Assembly (NCBI GenBank): GCA_965203295.1
Contig: CBDBCZ010000018.1
Location: forward strand, 128,001-192,000
From: Nitrospirales bacterium
GTDB taxonomy: Bacteria; Nitrospirota; Nitrospiria; Nitrospirales; UBA8639
Reading direction: 5' to 3'
DNA: 64,000 nucleotides
In this document: positions 24,428 through 38,570 of the stretch, one piece after another
Position numbering within the stretch: position 1 is the stretch's first letter
Layout: every line of letters starts with the position of its first letter
The notes under the pieces: model-generated
Seen by the model: the letters and a program-made list of their open reading frames with translations, nothing else
Database searches by the model: none
Told to the model about the DNA's origin: nothing
Position numbers and translations under genes: made by a program

Positions 24428-25640
24428 CCATTCGTTGCCTTCTCAGAGTCAATGGACGGCCGTTGCAAATCTACCAGCGAAGCCAAGGCCATCGCCACCG
24501 ATGTGAGTAAATACCTGTGCTTTGTGTTCCCCAAGGTGATCTGGCAACTTATGGACACAAAGTTACTGAAGCGCTACGTTGACCACCTCAAAGAGAGTGG
24601 CATTGGAGTTAAAGGGATCCTCACGAAATTAGATCGAATGGTCTACGGCCTCCGCTTGAGGTCAGCAGTTCCGATGATAGTCGCACTGCTCACCTCTGTG
24701 AAACAGCTGAGAAAAGGGTGGCACAGTGGAGAGCAGCACTTAGACCTCAAAAGGCTCTGAAGCAAAAGCGCAGACTTGAAGATGGCAGCAATGAGCCTGG
24801 AAGCCTCAGTGCTGCAACAGCACTGCTGACACACGAGCCACTGTGGAACGAGGTGAGGGAAATACTCTCACGTTCCCTGTATGAGGAAATTGAGATAAAG
24901 AAGCAGAAAGTTGTTACAGCAGCCCTCCTATCCATGGTTGTTTGCCGAAATTGTCAGCGTCCTGGGGCAGTAGCCAATGCTCTGCTACTGTGGAAGATGA
25001 TGTCATGCGAGTGACCCAGCACAAAACTGCTAGGCAGGGGCCAGCACGCCTCACCCTGACGAAAACAGAAATGAAGCTCATAAAAAAATACATCCATAAG
25101 GTACGCCCTATGCTTGAACCCAAACAAATAAGGGAGGAAATCTTCCTCAAGCCGGGCCCGAAGCCAATCACGAACATAGACCAGCAATTGAAGAAAGTAG
25201 GGAGGCACTTTAACGTTACAGACACAACGCGCACCCAGCTTCGAAAGCTGGGTGACATTGCTGTTGCCACTGAATGCACGCATGGTGAGACAGTGGTGGT
25301 GGCAAAACAAATGAGCCACAGCCCAGCCACCTCGGCAAAATATTATGACCTCGTACAAGGAAAGGCAGCAGCTGTTCACGCTCGCCACATCAGAGAGCGA
25401 GTCATGACTGAGGCCAGAGAAGTCACGGAGGAGCAGCAAGGCTCATCAACCAGTCTCTCTCTGAGGCAAGCCTACACAGAACAAGAAGCAGCCATCAGAA
25501 AATACTTCAAGAAATTCATAAAAACTGGGAGTTCCCTTACCAGCTGCCATCTGTGCGTCATTTTTTTCGCTGAACTAGTACATTAATCGTACAAAAAGTA
25601 AATTCAGGACAAGATTCAGGCCATCAACTCACGCCGATAA
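24428..25640 (+). pseudogene. Tyrosine recombinase pseudogene, the most complete copy (YR-4)
   Basis: N-terminal helical part (SMDGRCKSTSEAKAIATDVSKYL...YVDHLKESGIG), RNCQRPGAVANA, TQHKTARQGPA, TRTQLRKLG, QMSHSPATSAKYY, and tail RQAYTEQEAAIRKYFKKFI...IQDKI. Several frameshifts. Confidence 0.87.
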
Positions 25641-25723
25641 GTGAGTAAAAATACATCTACCCTTAATTACGTAATAAATGCGTAGCCCACATGCGAATTG
25701 CCTCTTAGTGAAATCTATCTTAA

Positions 25724-28700
25724 CTTTCCTGCTTGAAAATACGAGCATTAGCATTTTAGTCTTTCTTCTCATAGTAGCTAGAGTGTGCAGTGGTGTGTGA
25801 GTGTCTGGGCGTCAAAGAAGTGAAGGCAACCCTCGACAAGTGCGGCATTACAAACCACAGCATTGGATTTGTACACACCAAGACTCCTCCAGCAGCTTCT
25901 GCCTGTAAGTTGCACATTTCATATGGGATAAAATAGTTTTAACATTTATAAGGCTCCTTAAGCTGCTTCAAATTGTAACTTAATCACACAATTCGTTCAA
26001 TATTTTAAAATACTCTTCATCTTCATTCTCCTTAAATTATAGCTTCAGGTGCTTTCAGAAAGCAAACGGGCCCCGTGCTTGTCGGTTCCACATTTGCAAT
26101 GGACAGGAAGGAGTATTTCCTGTAACTTTGGTTAAGCAATATCCCTCCACAAGTGCGGCATTACAAACCACAGCATTGGATTTGTACACACCAAGACTCC
26201 TCCAGCAGCTTCTGCCTGTATGTTGCACATTTCATATGGGATAAAATAGTTTTAACATTTATAAGGCTCCTTAAGCTGCTTCAAATTGTAACTTAATCAC
26301 ACAATTCGTTCAATATTTTAAAATACTCTTCATCTTCATTTTCCTTAAACTATAGCTTCAGGTGCTTTCAGAAAGCAAACGGGCCCCGTGCTAGTCGGTT
26401 CCACATTTGCAATGGACAGGAAGGAGTGTTCCCCGTACCTTTTGTTAAGCAATACTGAACAGTTTCTGTTATATAATTATTGCTACCAGAAGTGAATGGT
26501 TGGACTCACGACATGACTACATGAGACAAGGTAAATCATCACTTATTTGTCTGCAACACATATTGCATGACTGACAGTCCGAGTAAAGTTGAACTGTATG
26601 TGCATGATTGTTGAATTATAATAATGTAATATCCAGGTGGAGATGTGTAGGATGACGCTGTATGAGCTCTCAAGTACAGACGAAACAGAGGAGGTTCCAA
26701 GCAAGAAGCCAGAGAACTGGAAATCCAAGTGTTCTGAGATACTCATGCAGAGTGCATGTAAGTTTTGTTGAGTTGAATGCCATTTAAATGCTACTAGGAA
26801 AACCTTTCCTGCTTGAAAATACGAGCATTAGCATTTCAGTCTTTCTTCTCATATTAGCTATAGTGTGCAGTGGTGTGTGAGTGTCTGGACGTCCAAGAAG
26901 TGAAGGCAACCCTCGACAAGTGCGGCATTACAAACCACAGCATTGGATTTGTACACACCAAGACTCCTCCAGCAGCTTCTGCCTGTAAGTTGCACATTTC
27001 ATATGGGATAAATTAGTTTTAACATTTATACGGCTCCTTAAGCTGCTTCAAACTGTAACTTAATCACACAATTCGTTCAATATTTTAAAATACACTCCAT
27101 CTTCATTCTCCTTAAACTATAGCTTCAGGTGCTTTCAGAAAGCAAACGGGCCCCGTGCTAGTCGGTTCGACATTTGCAATGGAGAGGAAGGACTGTTCCC
27201 CGTACCTTTTGTTAAGCAATACTGAACAATTTCTGTTATATAATTACTGCTACCAGAAGTGAATGGTTGGACTCACGACATGACTACATGGGACAAGGTA
27301 AATCATCACTTATTTGTCTGCAACACATATTGCATGATTGACAGTCTGAGTAAAGTTGAACTGTATGTGCATGATTGTTGAATTATAATGATGTAATATC
27401 CAGGTGGAGATGTGTAGGATGACGCTGTATGAGCTCTCAAGTACAGACGAAACAGAGGAGGTTCCAAGCAAGAAGCCAGAGAACTGGAAATCCAAGTGTT
27501 CTGAGATACTCATGCAGAGTGCATGTAAGTTTTGTCGAGTTGAATGCCATTTATTAAATGCTACTAGGAAAACCTTTCCTGCTTGAAAATACGAACATTA
27601 GCATTTTAGTCTTTCTTCTCATAGTAGCTATAGTGTGCAGTGGTGTGTGAGTGTCTGGACGTCCAAGAAGTGAAGGCAACCCTCGACAAGTGCGGCATTA
27701 CAAACCACAGCATTGGATTTGTACACACCAAGACTCCTCCAGCAGCTTCTGCCTGTATGTTGCACATTTCATATGGGATAAAATAGTTTTAACATTTATA
27801 AGGCTCCTTAAGCTGCTTCAAATTGTAACAATCACACAATTCGTTCAATATTTTAAAATACTCTTCATCTTCATTTTCCTTAAACTATAGCTTCAGGTGC
27901 TTTCAGAAAGCAAACGGGCCCCGTGCTAGTCGGTTCCACATTTGCAATGGACAGGAAGGAGTGTTCCCCGTACCTTTTGTTAAGCAATACTGAACAGTTT
28001 CTGTTATATAATTATTGCTACCAGAAGTGAATGGTTGGACTCACGACATGACTACATGAGACAAGGTAAATCATCACTTATTTGTCTGCAACACATATTG
28101 CATGACTGACAGTCCGAGTAAAGTTGAACTGTATGTGCATGATTGTTGAATTATAATAATGTAATATCCAGGTGGAGATGTGTAGGATGACGCTGTATGA
28201 GCTCTCAAGTACAGACGAAACAGAGGAGGTTCCAAGCAAGAAGCCAGAGAACTGGAAATCCAAGTGTTCTGAGATACTCATGCAGAGTGCATGTAAGTTT
28301 TGTTGAGTTGAATGCCATTTAAATGCTACTAGGAAAACCTTTCCTGCTTGAAAATACGAGCATTAGCATTTCAGTCTTTCTTCTCATATTAGCTATAGTG
28401 TGCAGTGGTGTGTGAGTGTCTGGACGTCCAAGAAGTGAAGGCAACCCTCGACAAGTGCGGCATTACAAACCACAGCATTGGATTTGTACACACCAAGACT
28501 CCTCCAGCAGCTTCTGCCTGTAAGTTGCACATTTCATATGGGATAAATTAGTTTTAACATTTATACGGCTCCTTAAGCTGCTTCAAACTGTAACTTAATC
28601 ACACAATTCGTTCAATATTTTAAAATACACTCCATCTTCATTCTCCTTAAACTATAGCTTCAGGTGCTTTCAGAAAGCAAACGGGCCCCGTGCTAGTCGG

Positions 28701-30051
28701 TTCGACATTTGCAATGGAGAGGAAGGACTGTTCCCCGTACCTTTTGTTAAGCAATACTGAACAATTTCTGTTATATAATTACTGCTACCAGAAGTGAATG
28801 GTTGGACTCACGACATGACTACATGGGACAAGGTAAATCATCACTTATTTGTCTGCAACACATATTGCATGATTGACAGTCTGAGTAAAGTTGAACTGTA
28901 TGTGCATGATTGTTGAATTATAATGATGTAATATCCAGGTGGAGATGTGTAGGATGACGCTGTATGAGCTCTCAAGTACAGACGAAACAGAGGAGGTTCC
29001 AAGCAAGAAGCCAGAGAACTGGAAATCCAAGTGTTCTGAGATACTCATGCAGAGTGCATGTAAGTTTTGTCGAGTTGAATGCCATTTATTAAATGCTACT
29101 AGGAAAGCAGCTTCTGCCTGTAAGTTGCACATTTCATATGGGATAAAATAGTTTTAACATTTATAAGTCTCCTTAAGCTGCTTCAAATTGTAACTTAATC
29201 ACACAATTCGTTCAATATTTTAAAATACTCTTCATCTTCATTCTCCTTAAACTATAGCTTCAGGTGCTTTCAGAAAGCAAACGGGCCCCGTGCTAGTCGG
29301 TTCCACATTTGCAATGGACAGGAAGGAGTGTTACCCGTACCTTTTGTTAAGCAATACTGAACAGTTTCTGTTATATATAATTATTGCTACCAGAAGTGAA
29401 TGGTTGGACTCACGACATGACTACATGGGACAAGGTAAATCATCACTTATTTGTCTTCAACACATATTGCATGACTGACAGTCCGAGTAAAGTTGAACTG
29501 TATGTGCATGATTGTTGAATTATAATGTAATATCCAGGTGGAGATGTGTAGGATGACGCTGTATGAGCTCTCAAGTACAGACGAAACAGGAAGTTCCAAG
29601 CAAGAAGCCAGAGAACTGGAAATCCAAGTGTTCTGAGATACTCATGCAGAGTGCATGTAAGTTTTGTTGAGTTGAATGCCATTTAAATGCCACTACGAAA
29701 ACCTTTCCTGCTTGAAAATACGAGCATTAGCATTTTAGTCTTTCTTCTCATAGTAGCTATAGTGTGCAGTGGTGTGTGAGTGTCTGGACGTCCAAGAAGT
29801 GAAGGCAACCCTCGACAAGTGCGGCATTACAAACCACAGCATTGGATTTGTACACACCAAGACTCCTCCAGCAGCTTCTGCCTGTAAGTTGCACATTTCA
29901 TATGTGATAAAATAGTTTTAACATTTATAAGGCTCCTTAAGCTGCTTCAAATTGTAACTTAATCACACAATTCGTTCAATATTTTAAAATACTCTCCATC
30001 TTCATTCTCCTTAAACTATAGCTTCAGGTGCTTTCAGAAAGCAAACGGGCC
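25724..30051. repeat. ~767 bp tandem repeat array 1 (~5.5 units) with a 1535 bp dimer duplication
   Basis: Anchor CTTTCCTGCTTGAAAATACG at 25724, 26804, 27574, 28339 and 29703. Identical ORFs at 26543/28078 and 27310/28845 (offset 1535). Confidence 0.95.
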
Positions 30052-30072
30052 TAGCCGCCCCGCCAGACTAGT

Positions 30073-30721
30073 GTGCCCGCTCTGGAAATACTAATCACTG
30101 GTGAACAGACACACGAGATTCCCATAGACAGGCCCCTGCCTTCAGACGACTGGAAGAGGGGAGCCATTCAAATGCTCGCCGCACACTCACAAATGACAAT
30201 CGCCGACCGCCTTTTCGAGCCGGACAGGCCGCGCGAGCTGCGCTGCCGGGAAATAGCGCCTCACACACGTGTGCGCATTGTCGGCGACGGGAACTGCCTC
30301 TTTCGCACATTTTCCTGACACCTCACCAGCACGGAAGGCAACCACGCGGCCATCTGACAAGCACTACTGACTGGCCCACCTCCGTCGTAACCCCCACTAC
30401 ATGCAATGCGAGCTGCGGGGTGTGGACAGAGTTGTGCACACAGACTGTGACACACGATACTACTTCTGGCTGGAGTATGCCGAGAGCTACATCGAAGCGC
30501 AAGCCTGCGCTCGAGGCTCTGCAAGGTGGAGGACCGACTTCCGCGTCTGGCTTCTGGCAGATTTGCTCAATGTCAACGTTGTGATCTTCACAGACTTCTA
30601 CGGCCAGAGAAAGTGGGTACAGTACGCCCCACGAATGGGAGGACACAGGGTTGGTAATATGCATTGTATATATCACACACCGAGCCTAGATCACTACGAC
30701 TGTGTCTTTCCCCACATGTGA
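30073..30721 (+). pseudogene. OTU-family cysteine protease pseudogene, copy 1
   Basis: VRIVGDGNCLFRTFS*HLTSTEGNHAAI*QAL (D-x-x-C box), W...WLLADLLNVNVVIF...WVQYAP, and IYHTPSLDHYDCV (His box). Two in-frame TGA stops plus a frameshift. Confidence 0.85.
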
Positions 30722-32040
30722 GTCCTTCACGATTCCACTAGCACGATCACGGTCCGGTGCCCATTTGTGGCCCGATACGGCATTGCCTACTGCTTTGCAC
30801 AACACGTGCACGTACCTGAGCAGGTACTCAGACATACGAATCCAATGCTGCACATGGTAAACCGCTGTGAAAACAGCGACCCTCTCCCTGTCTCTCCCCC
30901 CCCCCTTCAAGGTAATAGCACCCTTCATTAGACCACTTGAGCATAGCTTACATTCTTTACAGAGGGTGCCATTACCTTTCCATAACACAGCACCTAGGCA
31001 ACACTCGCTGCTGCCCAGCTGTTGCGTCTCCTCCCTCTCTCCGTCCCGGCTCCCCATTCAGCGTTGAGCCCTGCTCGCCGTGTCCGGTAGCGAGTTAAAC
31101 GGCTCCTGTCCATGTTTGCCGACGGCGCCCACACATGCGCCATGTCAGACCAGCATTGAAGCAAGCAGTATAGATCTCACGTGCGCAACACTGGGCTGCA
31201 ACGTACTCCGGGGTCCTCGTCCCGCAGCCTGGGATCAGGAAACCTCCCCCCCCCATGCATCGCACATGCGGGCAAAGGCCTTCCTGATGCTGACTGGAGT
31301 ACAAAAATCGAAACCTGTATTATGCACACCATCCTCAACAAGTTCCATTCCAACACCATCCACCATCCACATTTGCACTTACTCATGCGCTACACATTAC
31401 CAACCAAAATGACATGCCCACTTCACCTCATATGGAGACATGCATACCAATTATACATGCACTCAAACACCACACATTCGCCCATCCTCCTGCCATCACT
31501 TACAACATGCACCTACACACCTGTACACGTCACATTTCACCTCAACCCCACACACCACAACCCAAACACAACTGTACATTACCCCACTCTACTCGTTCAG
31601 TCCATCCCACAGCCTAAATAACCCACTAATGCACACACCCCATAATACAAGCACATCACGACCACTTTGCCCCTTATACAATATGATGGATAATATTATG
31701 ATCATGGAGTTCACGCATCTCATGTCAGTTGGTGCCGCCTCCTGTACAGTTGTCACCGGCATCGTGGTCCTACAGCAAACACCTAAGAACAGCATGTAAC
31801 TACAACCCCATAAAAAACACTGCGCACACAAACTCGCCATACCACAACTATCTGCGAACACCACCAAAACCACCCCCAACACACCTCGGCAGCAGCCTCC
31901 TCCCCCTCCTTTACCACCTCGTGAGCATGAGGCTGGCTGCCTCCTTGCGGTCCTTGCCCCCGACCTAAATAAAACACAACTACGCATTACAACTACAAAT
32001 ACAACAGATCCCAACACGCTGTACACAAACAAACACGCGC

Positions 32041-32133
32041 TTAATCACCGTCCTCACCGAAGTCATCTGATTCAAACTGGGCCCAAAATTCTGGGCCTTG
32101 CTCTTCCAGGAATTTCACCATTTCCTCCGCCAT
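32041..32133 (-). CDS. Possible 30 aa acidic micro-ORF (second copy at 38932-39024)
   Basis: MAEEMVKFLEEQGPEFWAQFESDDFGEDGD*, with a TATATAGG box ~30 bp upstream on the minus strand. Confidence 0.25.
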   Translation of the reverse strand: MAEEMVKFLEEQGPEFWAQFESDDFGEDGD

Positions 32134-32951
32134 GCTGCAATTGACACAAAAAGAAACACTGCACCTATATACACACAAGCAATTCTCCCAACACCGGATA
32201 TCAAATGCAAACGGGTGGAGCTGAAAACACGCCCCCTTCACGCAATATGACGCGAAATAAAGGTGGAGCTGAAGCTACGCCCACACAAGCGCTCTACTAT
32301 TTCAAACTACGGAGATGCAGACCGTGAACTACGGAGATGCAGACCGTGGAACGTAAGTCAACGGCCACCCTTTCTCCCACTATACAACACCTCACCCTTC
32401 CTTCCCTCTCCAGAACAACTCCGGCAAGTGTTGATCAACGGCCGCCGCCCTCCCCCGCAACCACCGGCACAGCAGCCCCTGGGCAACAGCACACCCGACC
32501 ACCCTCGGCAATACGCCGAGGGCACCCACCATCCCGGGGCCCCCATCGAGCCACTAACAGAAACGGACCCCCCTCTCAACGAGGGCGGCGGCAACCAGCA
32601 AACCGCTGACGCCAACCCCCCCCCCCCACCGCTGCCGTCGACATGCCCCCTATGTACATTCCACCACCTGTACAAATGCATGCTCCACCCTTCACCCCAC
32701 ATCTTCTTCCAACACAGAACAAACCCTTATCCTTTATCAATCCCCAGGGGCGCACCACCATTAATGTATACCAACTGCTCCCGGGGTATCAGCTGCCCCT
32801 ACCACCTGCGCCTCAATGAACTTCTATTTATCTTCCTGTAACCATCGATCATGATTCTAATCTGTATAACCTGTACACTTATACACTCTTGAACTGTAAC
32901 CATCCAATCAAATGAAATTAATCACTTGCCAACTCCAACGATTCCTGCACG

Positions 32952-33322
32952 CTGAATGCACGCATGGTGAGACAGTGGTGGTGGCAAAACAAATGAGCCA
33001 CAGCCCAGCCACCTCGGCAAAATATTATGACCTCGTACAAGGAAAGGCAGCAGCTGTTCACGCTCGCCACATCAGAGAGCGAGTCATGACTGAGGCCAGA
33101 GAAGTCACGGAGGAGCAGCAAGGCTCATCAACCAGTCCCTCTCTGAGGCAAGCCTACACAGAACAAGAAGCAGCCATCAGAAAATACTTCAAGAAATTCA
33201 TAAAGACTGGGAGTTCCCTTACCAGCTGCCATCTGTGCGACATTTTTTTCGCTGAACAAGTACATTAATCGTACAAAAAGTAAATTCAGGACAAGATTTG
33301 GGCCATCAACTCACGCCGATAA
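32952..33322 (+). pseudogene. Duplicated 3' end of YR-4
   Basis: ECTHGETVVVAKQMSHSPATSAKYY..., near-identical to 25270-25640. Confidence 0.9.
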
Positions 33323-33348
33323 GTGAGTAAAAATACATCTACCCTTAA

Positions 33349-33981
33349 CTCATTGCACGCGGAAATTACGTCATCTTGGGCGTCACCGTACGCGAATTAA
33401 TTTACCTCGTGCATATCATTAGCGTTGGAGTAAAACGTGCTGAGTTTGCTGCGAGTGTTGAGTAGATAAAACAGCTATTGGCGACTCCTAGCTGTGAAAG
33501 GGTTTGTGTGGCCTCTATATGGACGCAAACGAAGCCAGTACATCGAATTTCCAGCTGTTCTGAACCGGGAAGCGTAGACGGTAAGTTTTGAGTGTACTAG
33601 CAAGCCTTAGCGTGGTAGCTAGAAGCTTTCCGTGATGCTTATATCCCCAGTTGTGATGTAGTGTGGTTAGATGGATTGTCCGTGCATCGAGCGCGTCTAC
33701 TAAAAGCCTTAGAACTCTCGATCCTGCAAGCGCTTATCTAAGACTATGTACCGTGTATTGACGATCTGGCTGGTACTCGTGCTTTAGTTGCTCGAAATGA
33801 CTTCCGGCATTTAGGCTAAGAATATTTACTTGTAATTACAGCCTGTTTCTGATAATAGAAGGGTTCTCACCTAAGGGAAGCGCCGCTATGCACGCGGGCC
33901 ACTTTAATGGCCTTCCGCGTGGGCTACACGCGAAAAATTATTGAATACGGGCCACTTTAGTGGCCTCCCGCGTGCAATGAG
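33349..33981. mobile_element. piggyBac-type TTAA MITE, family B
   Basis: TIR CTCATTGCACGCGG / CCGCGTGCAATGAG with TTAA on both sides. Empty sites CCCTTAATTACG at ~25660 and ~40227. Confidence 0.93.
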
Positions 33982-34045
33982 TTAATTACGTAATATATGC
34001 GTAGCCCACATGCGAATTGCCCCTTAGTGAAATCTATCTTAAAAA

Positions 34046-36518
34046 CTTTCCTGCTTGAAAATACGAGCATTAGCATTTTAGTCTTTCTTATAGTAGCTAA
34101 GTAGCTATAGTGTGCAGTGGTATGTGAGCGTCTGGACGTCCAAGAAGTGAAGGCAACCCTCGACAAGTGCGGCATTACAAACCACAGCATTGGATTTGTA
34201 CACACCAACACTCCTCCAGCAGCTTCTGCCTGTAAGTTGCACATTTCATATGGGATAAAATAGTTTTAACATTTATACGGCTCCTTAAGCTGCTTCAAAC
34301 TGTAACTTAATCACACAATTCGTTGCAGAAAGCAAACGGGCCCCGTGCTAGTCGGTTCCACATTTGCAATGGAGAGGAAGGACTGTTCCCCGTACCTTTT
34401 GTTAAGTAATACTGAACAATTTCTGTTATATAATTACTGCTACCAGAAGTGAATGGTTGGACTCACGACATGACTACATGGGACAAGGTAAATCATCACT
34501 TATTTGTCTGCAACACATATTCCATGACTGACAGTCCGAGTAAAGTTGAACTGTATGTGCATGATTGTTGAATTATAATAATGTAATATCCAGGTGGAGA
34601 TGTGTAGGATGACGCTGTATGAGCTCTCAAGTACAGACGAAACAGGAAGTTCCAAGCAAGAAGCCAGAGAACTGGAAATCCAAGTGTTCTGAGATACTCA
34701 TGCAGAGTGCATGTAAGTTTTGTTGAGTTGAATGCCATTTAAATGCTACTAGGAAAACCTTTCCTGCTTGAAAATACGAGCATTAGCATTTTAGTCTTTC
34801 TTCTCATATTAGCTATAGTGTGCAGTGGTGTGTGAGTGTCTGGACGTCCAAGAAGTGAAGGCAACCCTCGACAAGTGCGGCATTACAAACCACAGCATTG
34901 GATTTGTACACACCAAGACTCCTCCAGCAGCTTCTGCCTGTAAGTTGCACATTTCATATGGGATAAAATAGTTTTAACATTTATAAGGCTCCTTAATAAC
35001 CCTTTATACCCTGTATTGCGCATGCGCATTACGTCAGTCAATTACCAGAATAATTTAATTACGGCACGAGGACGGTAGTATGTTCGGTTTATGGCTTTGT
35101 AACGAAAGACGGGGGATGACTTGGACTAAACTCTCTACAGAACTGAAGAGTAGAGCTCCCAAGCTTTCATTTGATGTCGGATTCAAGCATGATTGACGGA
35201 AGGAAAGTGCCAAGCGGCAGCGGATTTTCGGTACCGAACGATAATTAAATATCATCGCCACTTACTTTCTGGGAATGACGCCCTGAAGGACAAGCGAGAC
35301 GTCCATTGACTTGCAGCGGTATTGTAGGAGACAGCTAGCCATATTTTCGAACTGCTACTGCCGTACAGTAGCCTAGAATTCTGCTCTATATTTTATCGGT
35401 TCGTGAACAGATGTTATTCATTGCGGATTTTGTCGTGATCTACCTGGGTAAGTCCCTGAAAATAGTGCTAAAATGAAAGAATCTGTCTGCTGGAGCGTCA
35501 CTAACCACAGTGGGGATCTCCCTGGAGCGTCACTTTCCGGTAGAGTCTCGATCATATTCAATGACGTGTACACACGTCGACGGTAATGTACGCGTTCAAT
35601 ATTTATGACGTGTGTAAACGTCTACGGGGTTTAAAGGGTTAAGCTGCTTCAAATTGTAACTTAATCACACAATTCGTTCAATATTTTAAAATACTCTCCA
35701 TCTTCATTCACCATAAACTATAGCTTCAGGTGCTTTCAGAAAGCAAATGGGCCCCGTGCTAGTCGGTTCCACATTTGCAATGGACAGGAAGGAGTGTTTC
35801 CCGTACCTTTTGTTAAGCAATACTGAACAGTTTCTGTTATATAATTATTGCTACCAGAAGTGAATGGTTGGACTCACGACATGACTACATGGGACAAGGT
35901 AAATCATCACTTATTTGTCTGCAACACATATTGCATGACTGACAGTCCGAGTAAAGTTGAACTGTATGTGCATGATTGTTGAATTATAATGTAATATCCA
36001 GGTGGAGATGTGTAGGATGACGCTGTATGAGCTCTCAAGTACAGACGAAACAGGAGGTTCCAAGCAAGAAGCCAGAGAACTGGAAATCCAAGTGTTCTGA
36101 GATACTCATGCAGAGTGCATGTAAGTTTTGTTGAGTTGAATGCCATTTATTAAATGCTACTAGGAAAACCTTTCCTGCTTGAAAATACGAGCATTAGCAT
36201 TTTAGTCTTTCTTCTCATATTAGCTATAGTGTGCAGTGGTGTGTGAGTGTCTGGACGTCGAAGAAGTGAAGGCAACCCTCGACAAGTGCGGCATTACAAA
36301 CTACAGCATTGGATTTGTACACACCAAGACTCCTCCAGCAGCTTCTGCCTGTAAGTTGCACATTTCATATGGGATAAAATAGTTTTAACATTTATAAGGC
36401 TCCTTAAGCTGCTTCAAATTGTAACTTAATCACACAATTCGTTCAATATTTTAAAATACTCTCCATCTTCATTCTTATTAAACTATAGCTTCAGGTGCTT
36501 TCAGAAAGCAAACGGGCC
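34046..36518. repeat. ~767 bp tandem repeat array 2 (interrupted by a MITE)
   Basis: Anchors at 34046, 34759 and 36170. Confidence 0.93.
35000..35638. mobile_element. piggyBac-type TTAA MITE, family C
   Basis: TIR CCCTTTATACCCTGTA / TACGGGGTTTAAAGGG. Inserted in GGCTCCTTAAGCTGC, which is empty in all other 767 bp units. Left flank reads TTAATAA. Confidence 0.9.
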
Positions 36519-36549
36519 TAGCCAGGCCAAAGGGCCCCGCCAGACTAGT

Positions 36550-37199
36550 GTGTCCGCTCTGGAAATACTAATCACCGGTGAACAGACACACGAGATTCCC
36601 ATAGACAGGCCCCTGCCTTCAGACGACTGGAAGAGGGGAGCCATTCAAATGCTCGCCGCACACTCACAAATGACAATCGCCGACCGCCTTTTCGAGCCGG
36701 ACAGGCCGCGCGAGCTGCGCTGCCGGGAAATAGCGCCTCACACGCGTGTGCGCATTGTCGGCGACGGGAACTGCCTCTTTCGCACATTTTCCTGACACCT
36801 CACCAGCACGGAAGGCAACCACGCGGCCATCTGACAAGCACTACTGACTGGCCCACCTCCGTCGTAACCCCCACTACATGCAATGCGAGCTGCGGGGTGT
36901 GGACAGAGTTGTGCACACAGACTGTGACACACGATACTACTTCTGGCTGGAGTATGCCGAGAGCTACATCGAAGCGCAAGCCTGCGCTCGAGGCTCTGCA
37001 AGGTAGAGGACCGACTTCAACGTCTGGCTTCTGGCAGACTTGCTCAATGTCAACGTAGTGATCTTCACAGACTTTTACGGCCAGAGAAAGTGGGTACAGT
37101 ACGCCCCACGAATGGGAGGACACAGGGTTGGTCAATATGCATTGTATATATCACACACCGAGCCTACATCACTATGACTGTGTCTTTCCCCACATGTGA
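36550..37199 (+). pseudogene. OTU protease pseudogene, copy 2
   Basis: Near-identical to copy 1, with the same two TGA stops. Confidence 0.85.
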
Positions 37200-38146
37200 G
37201 TCCTTCACGATTCCACTAGGACGATCACGGTCCGACGCCCATTTGTGGCCCGATACGGCATTGCCTACTGCTTTGCACAACACGTGCACGTACCTGAGCA
37301 GGTACTCAGACATACGAGTCCAATGCTGCACATGGTAAACCGCTGTGAAAACAGCGACCCTGTCCCTGTCTCTCCCCCCCCCTCTTCAAGGTAATAGCAC
37401 CCTTCATTAGACCACTTGAGCATAGCCTACATCCTTTACAGAGGGTGCCATTACCTTTCCATAACACAGCACCTAGGCAACACTCGCTGCTGCCCAGCTG
37501 TTGCGTCTCCTCCCTCTCTCCGTCCCGGCTCCCCATTCAGCGTTGAGCCCTGCTCGCCGTGTCCAGTAGTGAGTTAAACGGCTGCTGTCCATGTTTGCCG
37601 ACGGCGCCCACACATGCGCCATGTCAGACCAGCATTGAAGCAAGCAGTATAGATCTCACGTGCGCAACACTGGGCTGCAACATACTCCGGGGTCCTCGTC
37701 CCGCAGCCTGGGATCAGGAAACCTCCCCATCCCCCATGCATCGCATATGCGGGCGAAGGCCTTCCAGGAGTACAAAAATCGAAACCTGTATTATGCACAC
37801 CATCCTCAACAAGTTCCATTCCAACACCATCCACCATCCACATTTGCACTTACACATGCGCTACACATTACCAACCACAATGACATGCCCACTTCACCTC
37901 ATATGGAGACATGCATACCAATCATACATGCACTCAAACACCACACATTCGCCCATCCTCCTGCCATCACTTACAACATGCACCTACACACCTGTACACG
38001 TCACATTTCACCTCAACCCCACACACCACAACCCAAACACAACTGTACATTACCCCACTCTACTCGTTCAGTCCATCCCACAGCCTAAATAACCCACTAA
38101 TACACACCCCATAATACAAGCACATCACGACCACTTTGCCCCTTAT

Positions 38147-38570
38147 CACCGAAAATTTCAGCAATACCAAAGTACATTGATGTGAGCGAAAAGCATTGCT
38201 GATGAACACAAAAGTAAGCATCATGAAAACCAGTCAATCTGAGCTCGATATACTGTAATCTCCTTATTTATTTAGATAGTGCTTACTATTCACAAGTAGG
38301 CCTTATAATAGCTATTACAAGGCATTGTGAATGATTATCGATTACTACGCAGCAGCAGCCGCCCACACTACAGACCCTATCCATGCCTAAGTTAGCCCCG
38401 CCCACTCATGCACACACTTGTCCCTGTCATGCACCTCTGCCACAACCATACACGCGGCACACGCATCCAGAGAATCCCCAGCAGTACTGAACTCATTGGC
38501 AATAAATGCTATATATTATTATATAATATAATATAATATAATATAATATAATCAAAATTTGAATGATGAA
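38147..38570. other. ~420 bp insertion specific to duplication unit 2, with a (TATAA)n microsatellite at ~38510-38552
   Basis: Unit 1 reads CCCCTTATACAATATGATGG without it. The insert starts CACCGAAAATTTC; no matching right TIR or TSD seen. Confidence 0.7.

Noticed and set aside
27425..27460. Hammerhead-like CTGTATGAG...GACGAAAC in the 767 bp unit (retrozyme idea)
   Set aside because: The core has an extra base, stem II does not pair and no stem I/III can be drawn. It reads better as exon sequence.
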